A stretch of DNA of 64,000 bases from Candidatus Bathyarchaeota archaeon (GTDB taxonomy: Archaea > Thermoproteota > Bathyarchaeia > Bathyarchaeales > Bathycorpusculaceae), in NCBI GenBank assembly GCA_963828195.1, contig CAWHDT010000005.1:864001-928000 (forward strand), given 5' to 3'. Each line of letters opens with the position of its first letter. Position 1 is the first letter of the stretch. Of the stretch, positions 1 to 9,912 are shown piece by piece. Under the pieces are notes generated by a model that saw nothing but the letters and a program-made list of their open reading frames with translations, ran no database searches and was not told where the DNA came from. Made by a program: the position numbers and the translations under genes.

Positions 1-1125
1 CACCTTGCAGAAATATCCATAGACGCGGTGAAACAGATTGCGGAGAAACGCGGCGACAAAACCATCGCTGACATAGACAACATCCAGCTTGTCAAGAAAA
101 CAGGCAAAAGCCTCCTTGAAACCCAGCTTATCAGAGGAATCATCATCGACAAAGAAGTCGTTAACCCAGGAATGCCCAAGACAAAAGAGAACGCGAAGGT
201 CCTGCTCTTAGACGTGGCGCTGGAGATAGAGAAGACAGAGATCAGCGCTGAAATCCGCATCAAAGACCCATCACAGATGAAAGCGTTCCTTGACCAAGAA
301 AACGACATGATGGAGAAGATGGTTACAAAAGTCAAAGCTTCGGGCGCAGACATCGTTTTCTGCCAAAAAGGCATTGACGACATGGTCCAGCACTTTCTTT
401 CCAAAGCGGGCATAATGGCGGCTAGACGCGTGAAAGAGTCAGACATGGAGAAACTCGCGAAAGCTACAGGCGCAAGAATAATCAGCGACCTCGACGACCT
501 CAAAGCAGCAGACCTCGGCTTAGCAGGTTTAGTGGATGAACGCAAAATCGGCGACGACAAAATGATATTCGTCGAAAAATGCAAAGACCCCCATAGCGTA
601 GCCATACTGATCCGCGCAGGACTCGAACGCATGGTTGACGAAGCAGAAAGAGCCATAACCGACTCGCTATCAGTGGTTTCAGACGTGATTGAAAACAACA
701 AAATTGTTCCAGGCGGCGGCGCAGTAGAAATCGAAATATCTAAAGAACTACGCAAGTACGCAACAAAAGTCGGCGGAAGAGAACAGCTTGCAGTGGAAGC
801 ATTCGCAGACGCAGTCGAAGTGATCCCACGCACGCTTGCAGAAAACGCAGGCCTCCAACCCATAGACATCCTCGTTGAACTGCGCTCAAAACACGACACA
901 GCTGACGGCAAAAACATCGGTATCAACGTTTTCACAGGCAAACTGCAGAACAGCATCGAAGAAGGAGTCATAGAGCCACTCGTTGTCAAAGAACAAGCCA
1001 TCAAATCAGCAGCCGAATCAGCAGCCATGATACTTCGCATAGACGACGTCATAACAGCAAAATCACCAAAAAGCGGCCCAGGCGGACCCGGCGGAATGCC
1101 AGGCGGCATGGGCGGCGAAGAATAA
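1..1125 (+). CDS. Thermosome (group II chaperonin) subunit, 5' truncated by window edge
   Basis: GIIIDKE, PGGGAVE, IPRTLAENAG and ILRIDD motifs with a GGM-rich tail; alpha versus beta subunit not distinguishable. Confidence 0.95.
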   Translation, partial: HLAEISIDAVKQIAEKRGDKTIADIDNIQLVKKTGKSLLETQLIRGIIIDKEVVNPGMPKTKENAKVLLLDVALEIEKTEISAEIRIKDPSQMKAFLDQENDMMEKMVTKVKASGADIVFCQKGIDDMVQHFLSKAGIMAARRVKESDMEKLAKATGARIISDLDDLKAADLGLAGLVDERKIGDDKMIFVEKCKDPHSVAILIRAGLERMVDEAERAITDSLSVVSDVIENNKIVPGGGAVEIEISKELRKYATKVGGREQLAVEAFADAVEVIPRTLAENAGLQPIDILVELRSKHDTADGKNIGINVFTGKLQNSIEEGVIEPLVVKEQAIKSAAESAAMILRIDDVITAKSPKSGPGGPGGMPGGMGGEE

Positions 1126-1293
1126 ACCAAACCCAAATTTTTCTTTTTTAGTTTAACCTATTTTCAACATATCCGCACTAAAACCTAAATCATAAGAACC
1201 AAAAAACTGCTTTTTTAGGCAATCAAAAAGATATTATTCCACATTAGGGATTCTGTTAAGTGGTGTTTCAAACTAATTTTGTGGTGAACAGAA

Positions 1294-2229
1294 ATGGCGG
1301 AGCTAAACCAGAAAACTGATGTTTTAATCATCGGCAGCGGACCGTCGGGTTTAACCGCGGCTATTTACACGTCGTGGCTCGGGTTAAAAACCGTGGTTTT
1401 AGAATCGGGAATCGCGGGTGGAAGAGCTTGGTTAGCTCCGAAAATCGAGAATTTTCCAGGCTTCGAGCTTGGCATTAAGGGCAGCGAGCTGGTTGAAAAG
1501 ATGCGTTTGCAAGCCTTGCGTTTTCACGCGGAAATCAGGGAGGACGAGGAAGTTGTGGGTTTAGAGTTGCAGGGTGAGGTTAAACGTGTTGTCTCGCGAA
1601 AGCAAACCTATGAGACCCACGTTGTGATTATTGCGACTGGAACGCAGAGAAGAAAACTGTTGGTTCCGGGGGAAACCGACTTTATCGGTCGAGGCGTCAG
1701 CTACTGTGTAACTTGTGATGGACCTTTTTTTAAGCGTGCAAAAGTGATGGTTGTCGGCAACGGGGAAGAAGCCGCAATTGACGCGCTGTTTCTATCTGAA
1801 ATCGCAGAAAACGTCATGCTGGTAACTAATGAGGGGGAACTGGAGATTTCTGGCACATTAATTGATAGGCTGAGAAATAAACCCAACGTAGAAATAATCA
1901 TGGGCAAGATAACCCAAATAATGGGTGAGCAAACTGTTAAAGCAGCGAAAATACTTGATTTTGGTTCTCAGCGTGAAGTGGACAGAGAGGTTAAGGGGGT
2001 TTTTGTTTCTTTAGGCGGCGTTCCCTTGACTGCTATTGTAAGTAACGCTGGAGTAGCCACTGACAGGAACGGCTGCTTAACTGTTGATCGCCAGCAAAGA
2101 ACAAGCGTCGAAGGGGTCTTCGCGGCTGGAGACTGCACTTGTGGCGGAATGCAGGTGATCACGGCTGCTGGGGAGGGCGCGATGGCTGCGATGCGTGCTT
2201 CAGCGCACGTGAGAAGAGTAAATGTTTAG
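1294..2229 (+). CDS. trxB: Thioredoxin-disulfide reductase family protein
   Basis: GSGPSG FAD motif, GVSYCVTCDG redox CxxC, GVFAAGD. Confidence 0.85.
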   Translation: MAELNQKTDVLIIGSGPSGLTAAIYTSWLGLKTVVLESGIAGGRAWLAPKIENFPGFELGIKGSELVEKMRLQALRFHAEIREDEEVVGLELQGEVKRVVSRKQTYETHVVIIATGTQRRKLLVPGETDFIGRGVSYCVTCDGPFFKRAKVMVVGNGEEAAIDALFLSEIAENVMLVTNEGELEISGTLIDRLRNKPNVEIIMGKITQIMGEQTVKAAKILDFGSQREVDREVKGVFVSLGGVPLTAIVSNAGVATDRNGCLTVDRQQRTSVEGVFAAGDCTCGGMQVITAAGEGAMAAMRASAHVRRVNV

Positions 2230-2361
2230 TCGTCATGCGTTTGTGCATGAATTTGTGTTTTTGTGTTATTCGCCTGAATTTTTTGGTCATTTAATGATTA
2301 ATTTTTTATACTTCTAGTGAACACTCAGGTTTAACGATTCATTGAGGGGGAAGGGGAAGGC

Positions 2362-2640
2362 TTGACAAGTATAAAAAAACGGTTAGACTACGTCCTAAAT
2401 GAGCTTTCAGTTATGAACAGTGAACCTAACGAAGAAGCGTCAAGCAGCGTGGCGGCGCAGTTGTCAATTATTAAAGGTGCCTTCAAAGAGTCAGATCACT
2501 ACCCAGTATGCTGCTTCAATTTTGATGCTTGCTACAGAATAGTTTGCGATGTTCAGGGTCCATTGGCGTCGGAGGAATTCATGAAGAAATGCAGAGCATG
2601 CCAAGCTCAAATTAAGCAGGCTCTTGCAGTTCTATCTTAA
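2362..2640 (+). CDS. Hypothetical Cys-rich protein
   Basis: TTG start after purine-rich tract; CC..C..C..CRAC pattern. Confidence 0.5.
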   Translation: MTSIKKRLDYVLNELSVMNSEPNEEASSSVAAQLSIIKGAFKESDHYPVCCFNFDACYRIVCDVQGPLASEEFMKKCRACQAQIKQALAVLS

Positions 2641-2766
2641 TCGGTTTCGGCTGCTTGACCGCCGCAATAGTTGTTGCCGTCGCTTTACAGTCACACATCT
2701 TTAAAGCGTGCCTTTTACGTTAAATTGCTCGGCGAAAAAATTATGATGGAAAGAAACGAAAAAAAT

Positions 2767-3063
2767 ATGGCGCAGAACGAAAGAACTATGCAGAAATACC
2801 TTGTTTTAATCAAAGTGGATACAACAAAAACGTTGGATTTCTTCAATTCAATATCAGCGCTTTCAAACATGCCGGCTCCAGGCGTGAGGCTTGACGCAAC
2901 CTACAACGTCTTTGGAAACTGGGATTTTGCCGTGTGGTTTGAAGCAAACACAAACGAAGATGCGGTTCACTTCGTCGGGGAACAAATCCGCTCAATAAAA
3001 GGCGTAACTGAAACAGTTACAATGCCAGCAACAGCCGTCAAAGAATACCCAATGAACATGTAA
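2767..3063 (+). CDS. Stand-alone Lrp/AsnC ligand-binding (or GYD-like) domain protein
   Basis: VFGNWDFAV and IRSIKGVTETVT motifs, no HTH; start chosen at ATG 2767. Confidence 0.7.
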   Translation: MAQNERTMQKYLVLIKVDTTKTLDFFNSISALSNMPAPGVRLDATYNVFGNWDFAVWFEANTNEDAVHFVGEQIRSIKGVTETVTMPATAVKEYPMNM

Positions 3064-3100
3064 AACCCAAATCTTTCTTTTTTTTCTTTTTCGTTTTGCC

Positions 3101-3334
3101 GCTGAATTTTGCCATAAATTTTTCTCTTTTTCAAAAGAACAACAACACCTAGAATTCAAATGTTGTTCTTCTCGGCAAAATATTTATTCAAAAGAAGAAG
3201 AAGCCTTGGAAAAGTTTTTTTCTTCTTCTTCTGCATGCCATATTTACAATGGATTTTTAGTGAAAATACTAGACCCCCTCATAGGGTAGGCTGGTCAGAT
3301 TCAGGGCTTAATTCAGGTTGCTTTTTTGATTTAG
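3101..3334 (+). repeat. Dispersed double-hairpin non-coding repeat, copy 1
   Basis: Colinear with 39975-40208; stems AAGAACAACA/TGTTGTTCTT and (AGA)n/(TCT)n. Confidence 0.85.
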
Positions 3335-3642
3335 GGCTTGCAGCGTTTGCAGGCTGATCACGCGTTTCATGCGTCTTTTGTCGGTTTTTTCTAACGCTTA
3401 GCAGCCTTGAGCATTTATGATTTATTCATCTTCTTAGGTTCATGGGTGGGCGTTTTGGGTTCCGTCGGAGGCAGAAATGGTTATTTTTGTATATTTTGAA
3501 TTATACATTTTTAAAATATACAGTTGGCGCCAGCGGCGTTCGCTATTTTCGCAAAGTCGTTTAAAGAGAAGAGTTTGGAAGATGAAAATGTGCGGTTGTT
3601 TGACTTAAAAGACAACGAAAACCTGATAGCTTGATTTTGGCG

Positions 3643-3903
3643 CTATTCTTTCAAGTCGTCTTCTTCGTTCCTCATTTTGTCGAGCTCCGCCTTAACTTCT
3701 TCGACGGTGGCCACATCTGAGTATGCACCCGCCATATCCCAAAACGACTTTACAGGCTTCAACAGCAAACCCTTCTTCTTCTCCTCAATAACAAAGGTTG
3801 ACCTGTCCTCTATCTCGTATTTTTTGCGCAACCAAAGGGGAATAGTAATGTGCCCGTTCTTTATTTTGACAACCCTGTTTTTCCTCATTGCGATTTCCTG
3901 CAT
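3643..3903 (-). CDS. AbrB/MazE/SpoVT family antitoxin (second copy)
   Basis: NGHITIPLWLRKKYEI swapped-hairpin motif, LLLKP. Confidence 0.8.
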   Translation of the reverse strand: MQEIAMRKNRVVKIKNGHITIPLWLRKKYEIEDRSTFVIEEKKKGLLLKPVKSFWDMAGAYSDVATVEEVKAELDKMRNEEDDLKE

Positions 3904-3942
3904 ACCTGCAATTAGAGAAACTTAATTGTGGAAACTCGTTTT

Positions 3943-4329
3943 TCATATCCAAGCTGTTTGGATTTCTTTGATTTGCTTGATGTGCTGGTCATCTGTGATG
4001 CAGACTGCCTTGAGCATAAGTGCCGTGGCGGCAATCATGCTGTCGCCCATTGAAATATGGTACTTGTGCCGCAGCTCAGCGGAGATTTCCGCTACTTTGC
4101 TATCAACTGGAACTATTTTAAAATCTTGTTTTACATAGGCAACTTGGGTTTTTGCGGTTTCTCGGTCGTCGGTCTCTATCGTGTTGTTGTATAACTCATG
4201 AATAACGACAGAGGAAACATATTTTTCTTTTCTGGTCATTTCTGCTCTTATTTTCCTGCGCGTCTCTTCATCGGTTGTTCTGTAAAGCTCGATGAAGAAT
4301 CGCGTGTCATAAACTGCCGTTTTATTCAT
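3943..4329 (-). CDS. vapC: VapC-like PIN domain toxin
   Basis: YDTRFF, HELY, GDSMIAATA, TDDQH acidic residues; ATG 4329 overlaps the upstream antitoxin stop. Confidence 0.88.
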   Translation of the reverse strand: MNKTAVYDTRFFIELYRTTDEETRRKIRAEMTRKEKYVSSVVIHELYNNTIETDDRETAKTQVAYVKQDFKIVPVDSKVAEISAELRHKYHISMGDSMIAATALMLKAVCITDDQHIKQIKEIQTAWI

Positions 4330-4666
4330 CGTCTTCTTCGTGCCTGAGCTTGTAGAGTAACTTGTCCATTTTTTCCGCGGTTGCGGCATCCACTGGGAAT
4401 GCGCCTATCATGTCCCATATTGTTTTTTTCGGCTTAAACAGTATGCCGTCTTCTGTGGCGATTACTGTGAGTTTAGTGCCTACTTCAATTTTGTATTTTC
4501 TGCGCAGCTTCACGGGGATGGTGGTTTGGCCTTTTTTGGTGACTACAACTTCGGCCACGGCAACTTGCTTCGCGTCAGCTTCTGTTTTCTCGGCTTTTTT
4601 TCCGACAACTTCACTTTCCAACTTTTTTCGCCGTATTACTTTCAGATACGTATTACCTTTAAGCAT
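4322..4666 (-). CDS. AbrB/MazE/SpoVT family antitoxin
   Basis: VTKKGQTTIPVKLRRKYKIEVG; true start probably internal. Confidence 0.85.
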   Translation of the reverse strand: MLKGNTYLKVIRRKKLESEVVGKKAEKTEADAKQVAVAEVVVTKKGQTTIPVKLRRKYKIEVGTKLTVIATEDGILFKPKKTIWDMIGAFPVDAATAEKMDKLLYKLRHEEDDE

Positions 4667-4890
4667 TGCGGAGAAAACTTAGGTCACTGCAAACGCGGAA
4701 GCTGCAGTCATGTGTGTGGACGAATAAGAGCAAGAAGAGCCTTCACGTCACTCAAACTTTAAGCCGCAAAGTCCCAGCGAATGGGTTGTGTAGAAACAAG
4801 TGGTTGAAAAATTATTTTATTTATTTATTATTTTTTCTATTCTGAACGAGAAAAAAGAAAAAAATTTGTTAGTTGTTCGCTGGCGCTGTA

Positions 4891-5223
4891 CTACATCATT
4901 GGCATTATTTCGAGGACTTCAATGCTTGATTTCGGCATCATGTAATGCGGGTGGTTGGCGATTATCGCTTTCACTCCGTCCATGTTTTCTGCTTGAACAA
5001 TAGAGTAGCCTGCCACTTCAGTTTTCCCCTTAGAACTGCCTGTCTTAGTAAAATTCACCCCGTTTCCCAACATGTTTCCGTTATCAACGATCGATTTTCC
5101 GCATTTCTTAAACCAAGCCATCCAAGGCTCCATTCCTTTCTTCATTTCCTCGGGACTACTCGCTTTCATTTGAGCTTCAACGACGGATGCTGGCGCCATG
5201 TACAAAATCATAAATTTCTTCAA
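4891..5223 (-). CDS. YciI/YCII-related protein
   Basis: KFMILY, PWMAWF, GYSIVQA, HPH, IEVLEI pattern. Confidence 0.65.
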   Translation of the reverse strand: MKKFMILYMAPASVVEAQMKASSPEEMKKGMEPWMAWFKKCGKSIVDNGNMLGNGVNFTKTGSSKGKTEVAGYSIVQAENMDGVKAIIANHPHYMMPKSSIEVLEIMPMM

Positions 5224-5415
5224 AACAAATTCACCACTTAACTAGTAGACAACCCATCTTTTTATCATTATCGCCCGGAACAAAATCATCATGCGCTGCC
5301 CGCCATATTCGCGAAAGAGGAGTCATTGGGCAAGAGATATGAGCATTATTTTATGTTTTGATAAGCTGCTCAGGGTTGCAAAGGCTTTTTAGAATAAACG
5401 CCCCTTGCAACTATT

Positions 5416-5967
5416 GTGACCCTTATGAGTCTACTTGAATCAGCCGATTTTATCATGAAAAAGAAAATCCTCTCCATGCACGAACACTACGACTTCGAAG
5501 ACCTCAAAGGCAACAAACTAGGCGAAGCCGACGGCAACCTCGTCCAGGTCCCGCCTAAATTCCAAGTCAAAGACACCCACGGCGCAGAGCTTATGGAGGT
5601 GCATGGCAAAGTGTTCTCGATACGCCACGAATTCACCCTCCACGGCCAAGGAGGCGAAATGCTGGGAACCATAAAAAAGAAAATAGCCAAACTCGTCGGC
5701 GAAGAATTCTGGGTAGAAAAAGACGGCGTGGAGTTCATGCGCATCTACGGAAACTTTACCCAGCACGAATACCAATTCGAAGTCGCCGGGCAGGCGGTTG
5801 CTTCGGTCCACAGGAAATGGGTAACCCTAAGAGACCAACTAGGAGTATCAATAACAACAGAAGCCGACCACCGAATAATAATCGGAGCCATAATCGTAAT
5901 AGAACACATAGAAGTCACAGAAAAACAATCATCATCAGGCTCAGGGATCGGGAACATTCGATTTTAA
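5416..5967 (+). CDS. LURP-one/scramblase (tubby C-like) family protein
   Basis: Repeated beta units, KKILSM, VASVHRKWVTLRD. Confidence 0.75.
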   Translation: MTLMSLLESADFIMKKKILSMHEHYDFEDLKGNKLGEADGNLVQVPPKFQVKDTHGAELMEVHGKVFSIRHEFTLHGQGGEMLGTIKKKIAKLVGEEFWVEKDGVEFMRIYGNFTQHEYQFEVAGQAVASVHRKWVTLRDQLGVSITTEADHRIIIGAIIVIEHIEVTEKQSSSGSGIGNIRF

Positions 5968-6056
5968 GAATTACTCAAGACCTTTTTTAACCGAACACTA
6001 GAAGTTGTCGGGTCCTAATGTGCGACGAGCACCTGGAATAGTTGAACCGAGCCCAC

Positions 6057-6419
6057 TTATTTTCCAGTTCTAAAAATTGACGGATCTATTTTTTGAATAT
6101 TGACTTTCAAGCCTCTGCCAGTAAAACTAAACTTTATGGTATTCGCAATATTGCAGAAGAATTCCAAATAGGTAGTAGTGACAATAGGCATGTCTTTGTT
6201 ATTAAGAAGGTCAAAGATTAGCTCAGCAAATTGGATGAGTGCTAACATGTCTATTTTCGTGGAGCCGATGTAAGAATCAATTACACTAAACAGAGATAAA
6301 ATGCCCGTCACATTCTTTTTGATTTTTACCTTGTTCTTTTTTGAGTTTTCAGTCAATCCAATAATATCTTCAGTTAGTTTTCTGATTTGATCTTTTTTCT
6401 CCCTCATAACGTTAATCAA
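6057..6419 (-). CDS. Hypothetical protein in AT-rich islet
   Basis: 120-aa ORF, no recognised motif. Confidence 0.45.
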   Translation of the reverse strand: MINVMREKKDQIRKLTEDIIGLTENSKKNKVKIKKNVTGILSLFSVIDSYIGSTKIDMLALIQFAELIFDLLNNKDMPIVTTTYLEFFCNIANTIKFSFTGRGLKVNIQKIDPSIFRTGK

Positions 6420-6458
6420 AAAACTTAAATTTGAAACCGAATAAAATTAACTAATGAT

Positions 6459-6758
6459 TTGAAAATGAAAATAACCATTGAAACAAATAATCCTGACATT
6501 CCACTTTACAAAGTGATACGATTAATCCATAAATACTGTGACGGAAAAGGCATTGATTATATATCTTCGCCTATGGGAGTTAAGTGCAAGGGATGCAACT
6601 CAGGCTACGTTTCTCTAAGAATAAAAAGTGATGTAACCCTTGTCAAACACTCACGTTGTAATGGTACAGGTGTTGACCGCCAGAATTCCCTGATAGGTGT
6701 TGAATGCCAACCTTGTCACGGAACAGGTCTTGTTCCTAAAAAAATCCTTACCTATTAA
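6459..6758 (+). CDS. Small protein with DnaJ-like Cys-rich zinc-finger repeats
   Basis: HKYCDGKG, CKGCNSG, HSRCNGTG, CQPCHGTG. Confidence 0.6.
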   Translation: MKMKITIETNNPDIPLYKVIRLIHKYCDGKGIDYISSPMGVKCKGCNSGYVSLRIKSDVTLVKHSRCNGTGVDRQNSLIGVECQPCHGTGLVPKKILTY

Positions 6759-7123
6759 AGGTGGAAAACTCGTTTAGTACAGCTAATTTCCATGTTTCTG
6801 GTTGTCCAATACACTGATTTTATCGCATGATACCCTTTTCCCCTGCTTGCCTTGCTTCTTTATACCCTAATACTCGGTTCAAGTAACCTCTATACCTGAT
6901 TTCAGCCTATTTTACCCTGAAAATAGCCTATTTTTATGAGTATATCCCTTTACTCGTAGGGATATACGCTATACCTTTTGATATTGATACTTATGATACT
7001 TGCGTATATCTTAACGCTGAAAAGGATATGACAATGCCCTGCCTAATCAGGCTCATTTTAAGCAGGGCAGGCACCCGTCAGTCGCCAGGAGGAGGAGGGG
7101 ATTAAAATTTAAATCATAGGCAG

Positions 7124-7179
7124 TTATTTTTTGCGTTTTTCGCATTGGAGGATACTTTTGGGCAGATGAGGCATTCTTC
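7124..7179 (-). repeat. Duplicated 3' end of the gene at 9913-10251 (direct repeat with 9913-9966)
   Basis: Encodes EECLICPKV/LQCEKRKK* with synonymous-type changes and a 2-nt insertion. Confidence 0.9.
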
Positions 7180-7294
7180 AAATAAAAATCTACGCTGTAA
7201 ATCATTCATTATTTATGCTTGGTAAGGGTTAACAAAATCTAATAAGTACCTCTTTACCATATGAATAATAAAACTCCCATCAAATGGTGGTACA

Positions 7295-8263
7295 TTGCCA
7301 GTTAACTCAAACAAACCAACCGCTTGGAAAACTGACATTGCGCAGTCGGTTGATTTCTATAATGCTTGGTTTATGAACTTTGCTCCCAAAGCCTATCGAG
7401 ACCAGCGTAAGATTGCGACCAAGCAAGTTGAAGAAGCATTGAAGATTACGACAAATCTTACTAACTTAACATCGAAAGTGCTTATAGATAATCCTTCTCT
7501 TGTAGAAATGTTGCGGATGGTAACTGCTCCACCGATTGCCAGAGATCGTTTAATTGGATTAGCGGAAGTTAAACCAAATTTAGTTGATAGCATAGAAATT
7601 AAAAAAAGATTGCCACCTCGAATGGGCCGGGCAGAAATTGAAAAAGATCTTGAAAAAATCAGTAAATTAATTGTGAAAATGGTTGATAAAGACATTTTTA
7701 TTTGGTTGGCAGATAACTCAAAGCCACAAATTGAACAAGTAACCAGAGCTTCTTTAATTATCGCCGATCGCCTGTGTGGGTCTCAATCTGACCCCATTAT
7801 AAGAAATGCTCAAGAGAAAAGACAATTTCTTTGCATCAAGACATGGCTTGAAAAACGAGGATACCGCGAGGTCAAAACACAAAATCTAACTATAGATAAC
7901 ATGAAAAAGGGTACTTATGCCTTCCGATTTAACGTTTCTACGAAATTAAATAACGGAGAAAGAGAGGTGAATACCTCAATTGACATTGTAATTAAACCAA
8001 AATCTAGTCTTTCCAGCGAATTACCATTGCTGATTGAAGCCAAATCCTGCGGTGACTTTACTAACACAACTAAAAGGCGGAAAGAAGAATCGGATAAAAT
8101 TGCGAAATTAAAAGCGACATATGATAAAGATGGAAAGAACTTCCGTTATATTTTACTACTGTGTGGTTACTTTGATACGCCTTATCTGGGATTTATGGCT
8201 GGAGAAGGATTCGACTGGATCTGGGAGCACAGGCTTGACGATTTAGGGGTCTTTGGAGTTTAG
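7295..8263 (+). CDS. XamI family type II restriction endonuclease
   Basis: NKPTAWKTDIAQSVDFYNAWF N-terminus, DPIIRNAQE, IEAKSCGDFTNTTKRRKEE, WIWEHR. Confidence 0.8.
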   Translation: MPVNSNKPTAWKTDIAQSVDFYNAWFMNFAPKAYRDQRKIATKQVEEALKITTNLTNLTSKVLIDNPSLVEMLRMVTAPPIARDRLIGLAEVKPNLVDSIEIKKRLPPRMGRAEIEKDLEKISKLIVKMVDKDIFIWLADNSKPQIEQVTRASLIIADRLCGSQSDPIIRNAQEKRQFLCIKTWLEKRGYREVKTQNLTIDNMKKGTYAFRFNVSTKLNNGEREVNTSIDIVIKPKSSLSSELPLLIEAKSCGDFTNTTKRRKEESDKIAKLKATYDKDGKNFRYILLLCGYFDTPYLGFMAGEGFDWIWEHRLDDLGVFGV

Positions 8264-8264
8264 C

Positions 8265-9803
8265 ATGGAAGAACTTTCTGTAAAAGAGCGTTTACGCCTC
8301 AACGCGCAAAGCAATATAGATATGGGTAAACTACACCTCGAAAGAAACAAACTTGGGCAATTTGCAACCCCTTCACAATTAGCCATTCAAATGCTTACAT
8401 TTGCCAAGCAACTTGCAGACTCCGAATCAAAAATACGTTTTCTTGATCCGGCCTTCGGTACAGGTGCTTTCTATTCTGCGCTGTTAAGCATTTTTCCAAG
8501 TTCAACGATCGATGAAGCTGTTGGTTTTGAAATAGATTCGGATTATGTTAATACTGTTAAAGACTTATGGGCGAGCGAAAAATTAACGATTTATACAGCT
8601 GACTTTCTACATTATCCCTCTCCAAAAAATGAGAGGGACCGTTTTAGCATGCTGATTTGTAACCCGCCCTATGTAAGACATCAGCATATCAAGCCAGATG
8701 AAAAGATAAAGCTTAACGAATTAGCTCATCAATCTGCCGGTATTGTGTTAAGCAGATTGGCCGGACTCTATTGTTACTTTCTACTATTATCTCACTCGTG
8801 GATGCGCAAAGGTGCATTAGCTGGCTGGCTAATTCCAAGCGAAATTTTGGATGTAAATTATGGAAAAAAAATTAAGGATTATTTATTGGAACAGGTTAAT
8901 GTCCTAAGAATTCATAGATTTGATTCATCAGAAATTCAATTTGATGATGCTCTTGTCTCTTCTACAATTATTTGGTTTAAAAACGAGGCGCCTCAAATTA
9001 ATCACATGATTAATTTTAGTTATGGCGGAACATTGTTGTCTCCAGCTCATTCAATGCAGATACCTGTAACCAGACTTCAGCAATTGCCAAAATGGTCTTT
9101 CCTTTCAGTTACCTTACAGGACGAAAAATTCACTAAATGCTTAGGCGATTTTTTTAAAATTAAAAGGGGGGTAGCTACCGGTGCCAATCATTTTTTTATA
9201 ATTAATCAGGAAAGCGCTTCAAAATTAAAGCTTCCGTCTGAATATTTGAAGGCTGTCTTACCACCACCTAGATGCCTTAAGACGAATAAAATTGAAGCTA
9301 ATCAATCAGGCCAACCACTTATAGATGAGCAATTGTTTTTGGTTTCATCAGATTTACCTGAGGAAAGCATAAAAATATTATATCCAAGTTTTTGGCAGTA
9401 CTTAGAAAAGGGAAAAGAGGAGGGGATCACTGGTCGATATATTTGTAAGCATCGGTCACCTTGGTATTCACAAGAACGACGACCACCAGCAACATTCCTG
9501 TTTAACATTATAGGGCGATGCAACAATAAGGGACGGAAACCATTTAGATTTATTCTGAACAAGTCTTTAGCTACTGCTACAAATAACTACCTCATGCTTT
9601 ACCCGAAGCCGACCCTTGCGGAGCAGTTTGAGAAGAACCCGAAATTATTAGATACCATTTGGAATATCCTTAATGAGATTCCAACGAGCGAACTTTTACG
9701 AAATGCTCGTACTTATGGAGGCGACATGTATAAACTTGAACCTAGTGAACTTGCCAGAGTTTGTTCAAGTAAATTATCACTATTCTTATCAAAGAAATTA
9801 TAG
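8265..9803 (+). CDS. N6-adenine DNA methyltransferase (gamma order, Eco57I/TaqI-like), cognate of XamI-like REase
   Basis: LGQFATP, LDPAFGTG (motif I) before NPPY (motif IV), C-terminal target recognition region. Confidence 0.9.
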   Translation: MEELSVKERLRLNAQSNIDMGKLHLERNKLGQFATPSQLAIQMLTFAKQLADSESKIRFLDPAFGTGAFYSALLSIFPSSTIDEAVGFEIDSDYVNTVKDLWASEKLTIYTADFLHYPSPKNERDRFSMLICNPPYVRHQHIKPDEKIKLNELAHQSAGIVLSRLAGLYCYFLLLSHSWMRKGALAGWLIPSEILDVNYGKKIKDYLLEQVNVLRIHRFDSSEIQFDDALVSSTIIWFKNEAPQINHMINFSYGGTLLSPAHSMQIPVTRLQQLPKWSFLSVTLQDEKFTKCLGDFFKIKRGVATGANHFFIINQESASKLKLPSEYLKAVLPPPRCLKTNKIEANQSGQPLIDEQLFLVSSDLPEESIKILYPSFWQYLEKGKEEGITGRYICKHRSPWYSQERRPPATFLFNIIGRCNNKGRKPFRFILNKSLATATNNYLMLYPKPTLAEQFEKNPKLLDTIWNILNEIPTSELLRNARTYGGDMYKLEPSELARVCSSKLSLFLSKKL

Positions 9804-9912
9804 TTTATCCTGTTATTGAACACTAAAGATAAAAATTTGCGCTAAAATCACTTCTCACTGGAGCAGTCTGGGAAGTAATAGCGGTAAAGAAAATAGTGAG
9901 GCAAAATATAGC

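Noticed and set aside
3160-3357. ORFs 3160-3357 and 40002-40208
   Set aside because: Lie within the non-coding repeat; reading frames are not conserved between copies
6000-6056. Possible tRNA 3' fragment (GAAGTTGTCGGGTCC..ACCGAGCCC) as att site
   Set aside because: No T-arm pairing and no matching partner seen in the window
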